NCBI GenBank assembly: GCA_010405405.1
Contig: MU004232.1
Span: 453,481-517,480, forward strand
Direction of reading: 5' to 3'
Length of the DNA: 64,000 bases
From: Microthyrium microscopicum
Taxonomy: Eukaryota
The notes beneath the pieces are model-generated. The model saw nothing but the letters and a program-made list of their open reading frames with translations. It ran no database searches and was not told the origin of the DNA. The translations under genes were made by a program, and so were the position numbers. Shown here piece by piece: positions 26,390-39,080 of this stretch; within the stretch, counting starts at the first letter, position 1; each line of letters opens with the position of its first letter.

Positions 26390-27062
26390 GAAAGGAACAG
26401 ACTACAGTACATCTTAAATACCCAAACATACAAAATCAAGTTCGAATTTTTGCTCATGCTCAAAAAACCAGAGTCTGTAGTTTCAGATGTCAAATAATAA
26501 ACTGATAAAAGCATCTTAGATTCCGATACTTCGTTCTTCATGTCTCTTTAGCTAATGCGCTTTCCTTTGGTTAAATACCAGCAACCAACCCAAAGCATTT
26601 CAAGGGGAATAAAACACGACAACGACTCACCAGAATAGTTTAAGGACGAGTCACACTTATCGAAAAGATATGAGGGCGCTGAAAATCTCTACTCAAACTA
26701 TCATTAACTGACGTTCGAGGCGCCATGACGAAAGCTAAAGAATGGCATTTCAGCGCGCCCGCGACGAGCAAACCCGAACAGACTACTGCAACTCTTGCCC
26801 TTGTTCAAACCTTGCCTCTCATAATCGACTTTGTTCTGAGAACCATCCTCGAGTATGGTCCATATTCCCCAATTGGTGTAATAGAAATAAAAGCAGGCAA
26901 GACTTCCAAAGCAAATCGAAACGCTCGAAGATAAACGCATAGCATGGCAGCCACTGTAGTCGGGAGGGGAAAGCCACTTGTTGCTGCATCTCGATGAAGC
27001 AACATTGCAGTTTTGATGCCGCTCTTTGATAGGCCTCATCGCCTGAACTCCAAAGCTAGGTA

Positions 27063-28711
27063 CTATGCCTTCACGAACTTCCTGTGGGTCCGAAGAGTCA
27101 TCCAGGTCTTGTACATCTCTTCCGTTTGATTAGGAGTGAACAACCACAGCTCAGCGTCGTCGGAATAATCCATATAGTTATGGATGTTATCTGGCCCATC
27201 CACCGAAGATAATGAACCATAACAAGTATCCTTTGCTTCGTCCCAAGGTACGTGAGCCTCATGCGGGCCACGGGTAGGGCCCCATTGCTGGGGCGTGTCG
27301 GGAATACCATCATCCCACATGCAGTATACATGGTCGTTTGCATCTGGGACGTCGGGATATATTCTTTCATTATGGAACCATTCACCCCAGGGATGATGAA
27401 GACCAAGCCAATGGCCTACTTCATGCACAGCCGTCTTCCCTTGTCTGAATTGTGGCCATTTTCCAGGACCGGGAGGGCCGGGTATGGTTAAGTTGTTGAC
27501 CAAACATCCATCATCAAAAAACCATCTCAGTGGATAATCTACAGGTGCTTCACCAGGGATCGTTGTTTGGTTCTCTAAAGCGGTTGGAAAGGTGCATCGT
27601 CCCATAACATAGTCTTCCACACCGGTCACAAAGTACAAGTTTAGATCCTGGTATCGCCCTTGGCGCAATGCTGCCTTCATTTCACCCATAGTTTCGAACC
27701 AGTCGTCCAGTTTTCCACCCCATGACGCATTCGCATAAGTCACAATGCGTTCCAAATTGAACTGGAATGGTGTGTTGCGGTATGCATCATTCAGAGCTTT
27801 CCACTGGTCAACATAAGGTGCGTCTCGATGTGAGTTCTTATCGTCTTCAAATTCATAGACGACGTGAAATCTATTGCTGTCAGAAGGCGACTTGTAACCG
27901 TCATGCTTGAGAGAAGAACTGAACTCACATGGTATTGATGAAAATTGACTTAGCTGCGGGTACTTCCCAGTGCACCAGCTCCGTCAAGGGTTTTGATCGT
28001 TTATATTCTATGTTGTCTCTGCTTTTGAGACTACATCTCTCATATGGGTGGCTTGGTAGTGAAGCCTGGTATCTTTCAAGTGCATCTTGGCTGGTTCCTA
28101 GGGTGCCAACCACTTCTTCCTCTATCTTTGGGTCCCCAGATAATGGAAAGGGCGAGTTCTTCATATGCTGGTACATTTGCGCGATCTGGGTAGACATTTG
28201 TCGTAGCATACTCTGAGCTTCTTTTTCCAAGCGTTCCTACAAGTTTTCAGCATTGAGTTCCGATCACAGATCGTATGTCGAATAATCAAAGAAAGGAATT
28301 TGAGTGAGTATGGACTCTAGGTTATTACTGGGGATCTGATTTGAAGCAAAATGGAGTACTACACACCTTACGTTCAACTGATTCGTGCTCTCGAATGACT
28401 CTGACTCTCTCATCCTGTTCCTTGTATCGCCTCTCGTCAAGTCTCTTGCGGAATCCTTCCTTCCAGGTGCTTTCCTGCCAGCTTGACCGACTTCCGATTG
28501 CTTTCAAGGCATTCGGAGAATCATCTGCTGGATGCAGGTGGGCGACCCCTGGAATACTCGGCGAGTAAAGACTGGTCTGGAAGGTCGTCGCTGGCACTGT
28601 GCTAGCTATAGTCTCCTCTTGATGATTGGACCGAACTGTAGCATGGCTAGTCATAGCTAATGATAGAATCAATAAGATTGCGTACATTGTCATGAGCTGG
28701 AAGGGTTTCAT
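27063..28711 (-). CDS. Secreted zinc metalloprotease, family M43, copy 2
   Basis: Signal peptide at 28711; two introns at positions equivalent to copy 1 (the second just before FHVV); HEVGHWLGLHH, DTP, DNIHNYMDYSDD. Confidence 0.9.
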
Positions 28712-29718
28712 CTTGGAAAAAAAGTCTCATGGCTATGCAAGTAATCTCAATCTACTCATTTACTATGCCTTATGATGATGAAGTGCTTAAGTATTGTTCC
28801 TAGTATGCTCTTGTGCTCTCGTGTGGTACCAGGTCTATTGCTATCGAAAGTATTACTGCACAACTCGAGCTACATATTTTTTTATTCGACGAACGATGTG
28901 GCTAGCAGAATTCACTATCGAAAGTAACACACTGTACGGCCAATGCTAATGAGAGACCAACCGGCCATACCCTTGACTCGTCACGCAGGTGAATGTTCTT
29001 CGGTAACAGCCATACTCATTCAGAGCTTACGGCTTCAGACTAATTACTTCAGGATAACTAAATAGGAGGATGCTCAATGCCATCTCCTTCAGTAGACGAA
29101 CCTATTGGGTGATATCACACTTTCCATAATAAGGCAACAGTCTAGGAGGACCAAGCTGCCGGTCCCCATATTTGATTGTGAAGAAGCAACTTTACGCTAA
29201 AAGAAAACCGAAATTTTCGCTAGTTAAAATTTGCTTCGGGCCCAGTTAGCCATAAACAGTGTATGATTTGATGGCACCGGGTTTAAATCAATATCGAAAG
29301 AGTCCCAATGAGATCTTTGACCAGCCTCCTAGTAACAATGTATGGTAAGCAAATATATTCATAAGTTAAGAGTTTAGGGGTTGAAGCGGCGCGAAGATAA
29401 ATCAGTGGGCCTCTAAAAAAAACTTTACTAAACTCATCATATAGTCCTTATCGAATTGTTGTCAATAGAGTTTAACCACTGGTTAACTAAGAACACCAAA
29501 TCTTTCCGAGTGATTCGTCATATCGAGAATGACTGAAAAAATTGCAGGAGAAGGATCGACGTACTTACCTTACCTTTTGTTCTGGAAACACCCGCTGTCC
29601 TCGAAATCTTTTCAACGAGCTGAACAATCTTCGTATCTATCCCTCTGTTGAAAAAGCTCTTGACTTCTCATTCTTTTCGACCACGATAACCTTCCATCCA
29701 ACCAAAAATATGGTGATA

Positions 29719-30218
29719 ATGTTGCCCAAATTCCTCACTGCAGCAGTACTGCTGGTTGGCATTCCTGCGGCATTCGCACAGAGCATTCTTTCTAGCTCTC
29801 TGAAACTGGTGCCCAATGGCGGATATCCTCTTACCTGTAACGAGAAGCAAATCCCTAGCAGACAAGCCGAGAATCTCGATTTCTGTGTTGAGCGCTTGGC
29901 TAATATGACCGACATCTGCCGTGTTGAGGATAACGAATCTGCACATTTCTGCGCAAAAGGAGGCATCAAAATCAGTGGGCGCACATGGTACAAAGACGGC
30001 GTCGAGCTTGGAGGTCTGCAGATTCCGTGTAGCACGGTTGGCGAAGCACTTATGCGTGTCATTGCGGAATGTGGTCTTAAAGGATAAGTCCAAAGTCGTC
30101 TAGCGCTCTGGGGGAATGCTAATGCTTTATTACAGGCTCGATTGGCGTTGTTCAAGAAAGATGGCCCGGGGTCATGGACCTCGATATTGTTGTTCATTAT
30201 GGCACTGACTGGGTCTGA
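29719..30218 (+). CDS. Small secreted 6-Cys protein, family Y copy 2 (splice donor looks defective)
   Basis: MLPKFLTAAVLLVGIPAAFA signal; HFCAKGGIKISGRTWY; last exon SIGVVQERWPGVMDLDIVVHYGTDWV* at 30136-30218, but the donor site reads GGATAAGT. Confidence 0.8.
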
Positions 30219-31054
30219 TTTGTAATCTGGGCAAGCTAAGACACCTTCAGCGTCGTGAAGTCGCTAGGTATGAGGGATACGTGACGGTGACATGGTTGGA
30301 TCGGGATACAAGGCCGACATAGGCAATTTAAGCAATCTATCAATCAAAACACTGTAGTTTAATTCTTCTTCGAACTTTTCGAACAAACGCACACTAACAC
30401 AGTTAGCAGAGAATTTACATATGCAACAAGTCCAAGCCTTGGAAGATTATATGTTTAAAAATTTGTACATATAGTTGACCATTTTTGTGGGCCGTTAACC
30501 AATCCTCCAATCAGGACACAGTCCATTATATCAACCCTGGTTCGAATTCATCAGATGGAAACTTCAGTTATTGTCCATTACAGCGACGGGGGCAGAAAAG
30601 GAAAAAGAGCGCGGTTCATTCGTTTGCCTCCTCGTAAGTTGACTGGAGAAACGATACTACAACGGCTCTCCAAGTCGAAAACTTTGAAAGGACCGAGAAA
30701 TCAATGTTCCTAATTGGTGGTAGATGTAGACTCTAGCTGTTGCAAGTGTAGCGTATAAGTTGTATCAAAAAATACACGTCGAACCCAACTTCTTATCGTA
30801 AGCCTCTACCAGACTTTGGACCAGAAGACATACTTGTCCGCTCCTATAACCATGGTTAAACTTCAGTAAAGTACCCAGTATGCCAGATTTGTGGCTGGCA
30901 CGACATAAAAGGATCACCTTCCATGTCTTCAATGTCCACCCATCTTTTCAACACACAGCAAATCCCAAAGCCTGATCACAACCACCAAACTTTGCATTAT
31001 CACCGCCATCGATCTCTAAACATCAACAACATACTTTAACCGCAAACCACAAAA

Positions 31055-31537
31055 ATGAAGCCCATCACCCTACTCCCCTTCCTCGCCCTCCTAAGCGATT
31101 CAGCAACCGCACAAAACCCAAAAGCAAACGCAACCCTCCCCGCCCGAATGAAATACCGCAACACACGTCAACGCGGCTACACCCACGTCTGTAACCGCGA
31201 AAATCTCAACTACGACGACAGGATCGACCTGCACAAGTGCATCCAACGCCTATCCAACATGCCCGACCACAAGCAATGCAACGTCCAAGACCGCAAAACA
31301 AGCCACTTCTGTGAAGAAGGACGCATAAAGATCAGTGGACGCACATGGTATGGTGAGGATGGCAGAGTATATGGAACGAGCGTGGCGGTGCCGTGTAAAG
31401 AGGTTGGGGTGGTGTTGAAGAAACTTTTTCAGACTTGTGGGCACGGAGGAGGATCGATGGGCGTTGTTAAGGATAATTGGCCGGGGACGGTGCAGATTTG
31501 GGATTTGGTTGTTCATTTTGGGACGAAGTGGGTTTGA
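31055..31537 (+). CDS. Small secreted 6-Cys protein, family Y copy 3 (intronless)
   Basis: Signal peptide; SHFCEEGRIKISGRTWYG, PCKEVG, WDLVVHFGTKWV shared with copies 1 and 2. Confidence 0.88.
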   Translation: MKPITLLPFLALLSDSATAQNPKANATLPARMKYRNTRQRGYTHVCNRENLNYDDRIDLHKCIQRLSNMPDHKQCNVQDRKTSHFCEEGRIKISGRTWYGEDGRVYGTSVAVPCKEVGVVLKKLFQTCGHGGGSMGVVKDNWPGTVQIWDLVVHFGTKWV

Positions 31538-31946
31538 GGATGGGGGGAGGGAGGAGAGGATTGATAGGGGGAATGCTGGGAAGAATTGGGGTGCTGCGGG
31601 TCGAGTATGGGAGAGAGTGATCTCATGAGGTTTAGTGCAGCAGTTGAAGGACGCAATCGCTGCGGCACTGGCAGGGCGCCATAGCAAAGCAGGAAATCTG
31701 TAGAGATTTGCGATTATCCATAATGTTGATGTCTGGTAGAGCGATTAGGAGGAATGATTGACCCAAGGGATCAATATGCTGATTTGATAATGTGCACATC
31801 CTCATGTGCTAGGAATAGAATGGCCATTCGCAGTTCGTAATTTACTAGTATTAACAATGCCATCAAAACATAACAAACGCCCAAAATGTATAATGCTACA
31901 CTCCATGCGATGCGCTAATATCCAAACCTCTCCCAAAACCCATCCA

Positions 31947-34669
31947 TCACTCGCCCAGCGGCAATCTCTCACCTTCCCTCTCCGCCATCAACCGCTGCTC
32001 AGCCAGCTCGCCAATCTTCTCCGACAGTATCTCTCTCCCATACCTCTGCGCCACCTTCTGCGCCGCTGGCAGCATCTTGCCACTCCGATCATTCAACAAG
32101 CCTGCAATCTCCAAACACTTCATGCCGCGCTCCTCGCCTTGCAGACACTCGACCATGAGCAACTGCAGCAGCGCCTTGTCTGATTCTGTCTCCAACTGCG
32201 TGAGTTGTAGTCGTTGGGCGGCGGTGGAGTGCGTGGAGTCGATGAGGTCGGATAGTAGGGAGGAGAGGATGTTGTTGAGGAGATAGGACTGTTCGTGTGT
32301 AGATGCGGCTGGTGTATCTGTTTCCATCTCATCGGGATCTTTCCGCGCGGTACTGGCTATTGGCACTTGGAATGCAAAATCTGTGAGAAGTGGGCGTGGG
32401 AAGTAAGGATGTTTGTCGCCGCCTTTGAGAATGATGCAGTGGAAGCGATCCTGCGCGACAGCAACAGGCCAATAACTCTCGTCCTTTTTGCCTGTGGCTA
32501 GACGATCTAGGAGACGTGTGTCGAGGAGCGGGATCCAGCGCGCTTGGCCGGGTGTGCGCCAGTGGGAGAGGACGAGGAGGGTGCCGGTGCTGTCGTAGAT
32601 GTGTGGGTCGCCTTGGTCGCTGAAGAAGACGCTTTGGAGGGTGGCACCGGGACTGAGAGCGACAATGTCAGAGCTTTGGTGAATTTCGTCACGTTTGACG
32701 TTTTCGAGGGTGTAGACGAGTTGGCTGCGGCCATCTGCGCCAACTGCGCCGTTGCCAATTGTTAGGACGTAATCGCGCCAGGCAGCGCATGTCACCGCTG
32801 GACTGGCTTTTTGTCTGTAGATTCTGAATGGGACACCAAACAAAGTGTAGACCCGCACATAGCCAGTGGAGGTTGTGACTGTGACATAAGAATCTGAGAG
32901 TGCAATCGCAGTAACGGATTCGCCTTTTGGTAATTGAGTTCGCCAGTCAGTTCGAGTAGTCCATGTCTCATGTGGTCGGTAGAAAACTTGTGCTGGCTCA
33001 TCTGCACGAGGAGGACAAGCGAATAGAGTACCGTTCTCATTCAAACATGCTTTGTCGTACAAAAATGGATCGGTAAAGTGAAAGTCGCGATGAAAACCAC
33101 GATCCTGGAATTCCACTGTAACAGTGTGATAGTCTCCTTGATCAACAGTCCAGACGAATCCAATGAGATTGAGACAGAGGTATCGACGATTGCCGCGCCA
33201 TGGAGTACTTCCAGGCTGGAAAGACTCATGAGTATCTGGTTTGAACGATCCAGTGGAACGATACTTCTTGCTATGACCAACAGTGCTGGGAAGATGGCCA
33301 TTGGTACGCTTACCATTGCCATTCATTTCAGCTTCTGCATAGCCAGCTCCATCATCATCAACGATAAAGTCGTCTGCTCCTGCTTGGGAATTGCCGTCCA
33401 GGCCCAATATCTCATCCAGACTATCCATTGAAGCACTTCTCCCGCGAGCACCATTGGTCATTCCATTAGCCATCGAGTCCTTCGAGGGACTGTCCGGAGC
33501 ATGGCCATTGACCATTCTATGCGTGCCTTTTTTGAGGAAGGACAGGAACTCTTGTGGTACGAACTCTTCATGGATATAGAGTTCTCCGTCATTGTTTGTA
33601 TATGTGAGTATGTTTTTGGTTGGATGCCAATGCATGGCTAGAATGGTCTCTCGAGCTGGATCGTATGTTTTGAGTATCTTCAGCTCCTTTGTGTCCCAAA
33701 GAATCAACTTCTTGTCAATGCTGGTGGTAACCAGCAAAGCACCATTGGGAGACCAAGCTGCGGCACTGATATCGGTGCTGTGACCATCTTTGAATGTAGA
33801 AATCTCGCTCCAGTCTCCTCGAGCAGTGACCTGGAAGTCTATACAACAGTTAGATCTGATCATATTGGGTGTGATATGATAAACTACCTCTTCCCGCAAC
33901 GGGTGTACCGAATGAACCACCAGCTGGATGCCATACGACCTTCGAACTGGCTTCAGCCTCGTTATCCAGTGCTTTGATGAGCCCATCTACTTTCTTCACC
34001 AATTGTGGCTGTTCCGAGCTCAGAGAATAGAAGTAGATAGATCCATCTGAGCAGGAAGCAGCCAAGACGGTACCACTTGTATCGAAGGAGACGTGTTTTA
34101 TCGGTTTCATGTGATCGCGGAGATGAAGGACTTTGGAGGTGTCATTGATGCGAATGACTTTGACCGCGATTTCGCTAAAATATGATTAGAACCATATCCG
34201 CTTGCATTTGGACTACTTACTCGCTGGCGATGGCCGCCCATATACCGTCAGGGGACAGTGAAATATCCCGAACCGGGAGGGACAGTCTAATTAAGGGAGT
34301 TCCAAGCGAGTTGGCTTTAAAGTCATATTTGGAGACTGTGCCATCGTCATTTCCAACCAGGAAGAAGTCGTCCTACACCAAGATCAGCAGAGTTTGGCTG
34401 TGTAGACCGTGATGGAATCATACAGTTGCAACAACAGCTGTGTTCTCGCCAGAGCAATTGTCCAAGGTTATGGGCTCCTCGTCTGATCCAGTTTGAAAAA
34501 TACGAATGGCATTGTTCATGCCAACCGTCACGATCTTGTCTCCATTGGGAGTGTAACTGAGATATGCTGGGCCGGGCGAGTCTAGAGAAGGTTGTCAATC
34601 AGTGCAATTTGCATAGACAGTCTGATGGTACATACGCGCCGGTCGTCCTCGAAGTCTGAAGGCCATCAT
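31947..34669 (-). CDS. CTF4: Replisome/cohesion factor Ctf4/Mcl1/SepB (AND-1)
   Basis: N-terminal WD40 repeats over several exons; SepB-domain motifs FQPGSTPW, RRYLCLN, YWPVAV, CIILKG..YFPRP; start MMAFRLRGRPA near 34669. Confidence 0.92.
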
Positions 34670-34746
34670 GCAAATAAATTTGGTCGATGTATAATTGTCA
34701 CAGAAAACGGATCACAGTTGTCTAGACTGAAGCGAAAATCCAGCAG

Positions 34747-34767
34747 ACGCGTCTGAACGCGTCGCGT
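34747..34767. promoter_or_regulatory. Tandem MCB (ACGCGT) boxes upstream of CTF4
   Basis: ACGCGT at 34747 and 34757 plus CGCGT, about 80 bp upstream of a DNA-replication gene. Confidence 0.6.
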
Positions 34768-35267
34768 GTTTAGCGCTTAATGAGCTGCACCTATCGGAGT
34801 AAGAGTTTTTCCGAGAAACAGGACAGTTGCTATGCGAGTGCACGGGCTATCCATTACTCCCCACCACGCCTGCCTGCAAAGCAAGGTGGAGCAACAGAAA
34901 GTGGCAAGAGCCTCTCACCAGCTGAACATTCAATTCTCACCACCAATTCTGAAACATTGCTCGGGCTGTTTGTTATTCTCTCTCAACTTTCAGCGTTCAA
35001 ACAGTTCCTGCTAAACTCGGCCGAAATCTCAGCGCCATTCGATTGTTGTTGTCACTCGCACCTTCCCCTAGCAGTTTGTTTTGGTCATTCTGGTTGGCTC
35101 CTACCCCTGGCGTGTATCCATCGCATTTGCTGTTGACGCTTCATAAATCCATCGCAGCCTGCTTCAACTCTCATAGCCGCCATCTCATTCTCCAAAACAA
35201 CTTTACAATCCTCACTTTTGCATCAACAACAACTCGTTCCAGAACAATTCGCTAAGCAACCACCGCA

Positions 35268-35726
35268 ATGTCTGCACAACCACACCAAGATTCAAACCTC
35301 TCTGAGCTGCCAAAGGGCAAAGCTCCAGGTGCCTCTGAAATGGAAGATGTCTCTATGGGAGAAGATGAAGACGAAGAGGACGAAGAGCCAGAGGTAAGTC
35401 ATACACCTGGAAGCTGTTTTTAATGACAACAAGCTAACCACATCTCTTAGGCCGATGGTAAGCTTCGCCATTGAAGCTCAAGACGATCGAATCAGAGCGC
35501 TAACACGTCCCCCTTTACAGATGACAACGAAGGCGAAGAAGAGGAAGAAGCCGACGAGGAAGGCCTAGAGGAGATTGACACCAACAACATCGTTACCACC
35601 GGTCGCCGTACTCGCGGAAAAGTCATCGACTTTGCTGCTGCCGCTGAGAAGGAGCAGATTGGTCATGAGGAAGACGAGGAGGAGGACGAAGACTATGAAG
35701 CTCCTGATGAGGAGATGCAAGGTTAA
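35268..35726 (+). CDS. CHZ1: Histone H2A.Z chaperone Chz1-like (not in the ORF track)
   Basis: Three exons including a 7-nt microexon (35451-35457); acidic protein with CHZ motif LEEIDTNNIVTTGRRTRGKVIDF. Confidence 0.88.
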
Positions 35727-38700
35727 GCTGCATCATCTCTGATGCATCGACTTTGTTGGTATTCTTTCATGTTGCTTGTGATGATGTTCTATACTGACCC
35801 TTATGATTCAGGTCATACAACCTCCACTTCCTATGCCCGTATGAATGATGATGAGAAAGGTCGGTTTGGCATAGCAAGCAACATGTATAATCAAAACATC
35901 AGAGGTCTTTTTTGTTTTGCAGCTTCGCAAAGCACTTGCCAGTCTGGATAGCTAGTCATTGGCGCTAGAGACCTTGATGTAATACAAAAATATCAGAAAA
36001 ACAGTCTTCAAAATCATAACACAAACAAACATGCACGTAGATGTGATTTCCAAGCTGCTTTTCGACAAAGCCAGGAATACGAGCTCATTGCACCAGGTCA
36101 CAAGAGCATTTGCCAGATTCGAATACAAATAAGATACAATGCCCTTCAGGCAGCTACAGATTTCAGTATAGCTTCTGCAGTTGATGCATCATTGCCAGCA
36201 TATGCTTCCAGCACAGTGATGTACGTGATAAACCACCACTGGACACTTTGCAGCAACCGGATGTACGCGATGAATTAATCCACCAAACACCAGATATCCA
36301 AAGTCCAAAAGAGCGGTCAGAAGTTCTCGCCTCCGACAGGAATCCGAGTCTACTTGAATGATGAACCAAGCTTGGCTTGGCCTTGAGCAACGGGATTGAA
36401 TTTGCGTGGGCGACTTATTCCGCAGTTCGCAACTGTCCGCTCTAGACTGTGACCTCTTGGCAGGATGTGCACTTGCAACACCAAGGCTATTGCCGAAAAG
36501 AGATTTTCATGACAGCACGCAACTTCGCTTTCGTCCGGTCTTGGACCTGTCTTGGACGAAAATACTTGTGCGTGGTGGATTATGGAAAGCAAGCGATATC
36601 GGAGTGGTTCGGTTGACTCATGAAAATGTTGTTCTGGATTCTTGAGGCTCTCCGATTCTTTCCGTTCATGCGCGTATTTCTTCAAGTCTTAGTGAAGACC
36701 AGTCTGATCCAGCAGGTACAAGCAAGAATTGGAGTTTTAGAAAGCAGAGTCTGGTACTGGTTCCCATCTGCCTGCATCGCTGGCTTCGCTGCGGCGGCTG
36801 CGCTGTAGGGGTTTGATGGAGCTGGTCCTTGTTGAAGGAATTTTTCCAGGTCATCTGCCACTGACAACATTTGAACCATTGATAGAATATTTTGCAGTTT
36901 TTATGGGTTTGCAGAAATCTATGGAGTACTTTTTCAACTCTGAATCTCTACGGTACAGAGGGTGAAAGTATTGTCGATCGAAGGTATAAGATATACTCTC
37001 TTTCTCATTGACGACGCCTAGAATGAACTTGTATACTAAACCTTTTCCATATGACTTTCTTATGTGAACATCTCGGCAATGTTTACCACAAGCTCCACCA
37101 CAGCTTAGCATTGGCATGGTGTGGCATGAAGACAAGAACCACACAAGCTTCCGATAAGAGACCAGAAAATTTGACCACCTCAAATTACCCTCCTACAGGC
37201 AACCCACCAATAGGCATATACATATTCAGCAGGGGAAAGCTGGGAAAACCTGCGGGGTGCGACGGCAATCTTGACACTACTGCACCCGAAGCGTTGATGA
37301 GCAGATGAGCTCTTCTCGGCAGCGGTACAGCATCTCCTTCAAACTCTCCTCCATGCGTCAAGCAAAGGCTTCGTATTGGCAAGCAGCTGCAGCAAAGCGT
37401 GCGAAGCCCTTGAAAGGCTGATGGTTCAACCAGTGACACGACTTTCTCCGCTTGCCTTGCAGATGAGGAACGGATGACAGAGAGCGGCGTTGGGAACGTG
37501 GGGTAAATATGCTGCAATGGAATTCAATTTGACGAATGCCAACGTGCCGCGGCACCGTTCTTCAGACTTCGTGGAGGTGCCCTGCATGATCTTTCTGGAG
37601 CTTCATGGGGTCCCTGGTGGGCGAAAATTCAATCTACTGCTTGGTGAAATAGAGTAGATGAGAGTACTAAGGCATATGAGAATTACGTTCGCACTGCTTA
37701 GCTCGAGCCCGGAGGTGAGCGGGGCAATGAAAAGCAGAGACCACAAGCTCAATTTACGAATGACACCACCATATATTTTGACACTAGATGTTCTCTTGGA
37801 TGATATTGATGAACGAGGGCTCTGGGCATGGAGTACAGCGTAACGAGTAGCGACGAGTGGGATGAGGGGATTGGCATGTGCAATCTTTTGAGCAACTCGA
37901 CAGGCAAACAGCACAATGTTGCAGTCTCGGTGAAGCAGACGACAGAGGAGAAATATGTAGAAAAGAAAGTGGTGCAGCAAACAGAGTAAACACAGCTGCG
38001 GGTCAGAATGAAGAAGAAAAAAGACGCAAGCAAAGCAGCTTGTCGAATGAGAGAGCGGCGAAGAGTAAACGGAGAGTGTTGTCAAAGAAATTTCTCATGG
38101 AAAAAAATAGGCGTGGTTGGACTTGACTGCTCAGCACTGCTGGAGAGATGGACAGTTTTGCCCATGAGAAGAGGATAGCGTAAACGGTACACTCTGACCA
38201 CTAACACTATCCTTTGCCTGCGGAAGCTTAAGAAATAATAATTGTACTAGAAGGCCCACTCTGTCTAGAATTTGCCTTAAAGTCTTTCCCGTCCATCTCA
38301 CCGATATCTTTTTTCTGCTCTACTCCTTTGGCTCTTCACGAATCACCATACAATCTGCAACCCACGGTCGTCTCTCTCCACCAGCGAAAACTCATCCGAG
38401 CCCTCCAAGAACATTTCCACCACGCGCTCCAGAAAGTCCTCCACGTTACAAAGAAACTGCCAGTCTCTATTCATTCGGTGCGAGCTCAAAAGTGCCGCCT
38501 CCCAGGCAGCGAGAGCTTTAAGCAGCAGCCCCGGTAAGTGCAAGCAATTTCAGATGTTCGCGATTGGAATTGTGCATTACGTGCATCTTGATTCGCTCAG
38601 AGGCCTGGTAGCTCTTATCTGAAGATATTCACACCATGACGTTCATGAGCTGCGTTTTGTTCCCCTCATGGTTTTGCCTCTCGATTTTTACCTCTTTTTT

Positions 38701-39080
38701 TGCTTCAATTGCATATCCAGCAGAGTGCCAATTGAATTTTTCTCCCCAATTGTGTCCGTGAAGGAAGTACCCCACTCGAAAATACAGGAACGGTCAGCGG
38801 TCCTACTTCTTCCATTAGAGTGAAAACCCCGCCCCTGCCTCCAGCTTTCGCAGTCGAAACCGAATTGAAAAAGTCTCAGCAGGCACGCTTCATTTCTTGC
38901 ACTGCGGCCTTGTTCCATCTCTCTATACCAATTTTCAAATCTTCTTGTCGCTGACATTCCTGCCTATCAATAGAAGAGCACACACAATAAAAGCTTCCCC
39001 ACACTCGGTCCCTCGGCGATCAACAACAAAACCACCACTCAATAACGGATCAATCTCAATCGGCCACGCGTGCCGAAGCT

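Noticed and set aside
36163..37183. Chain of short minus-strand ORFs with some Cys/His
   Set aside because: No consistent splice model or RING/zinc-finger spacing.
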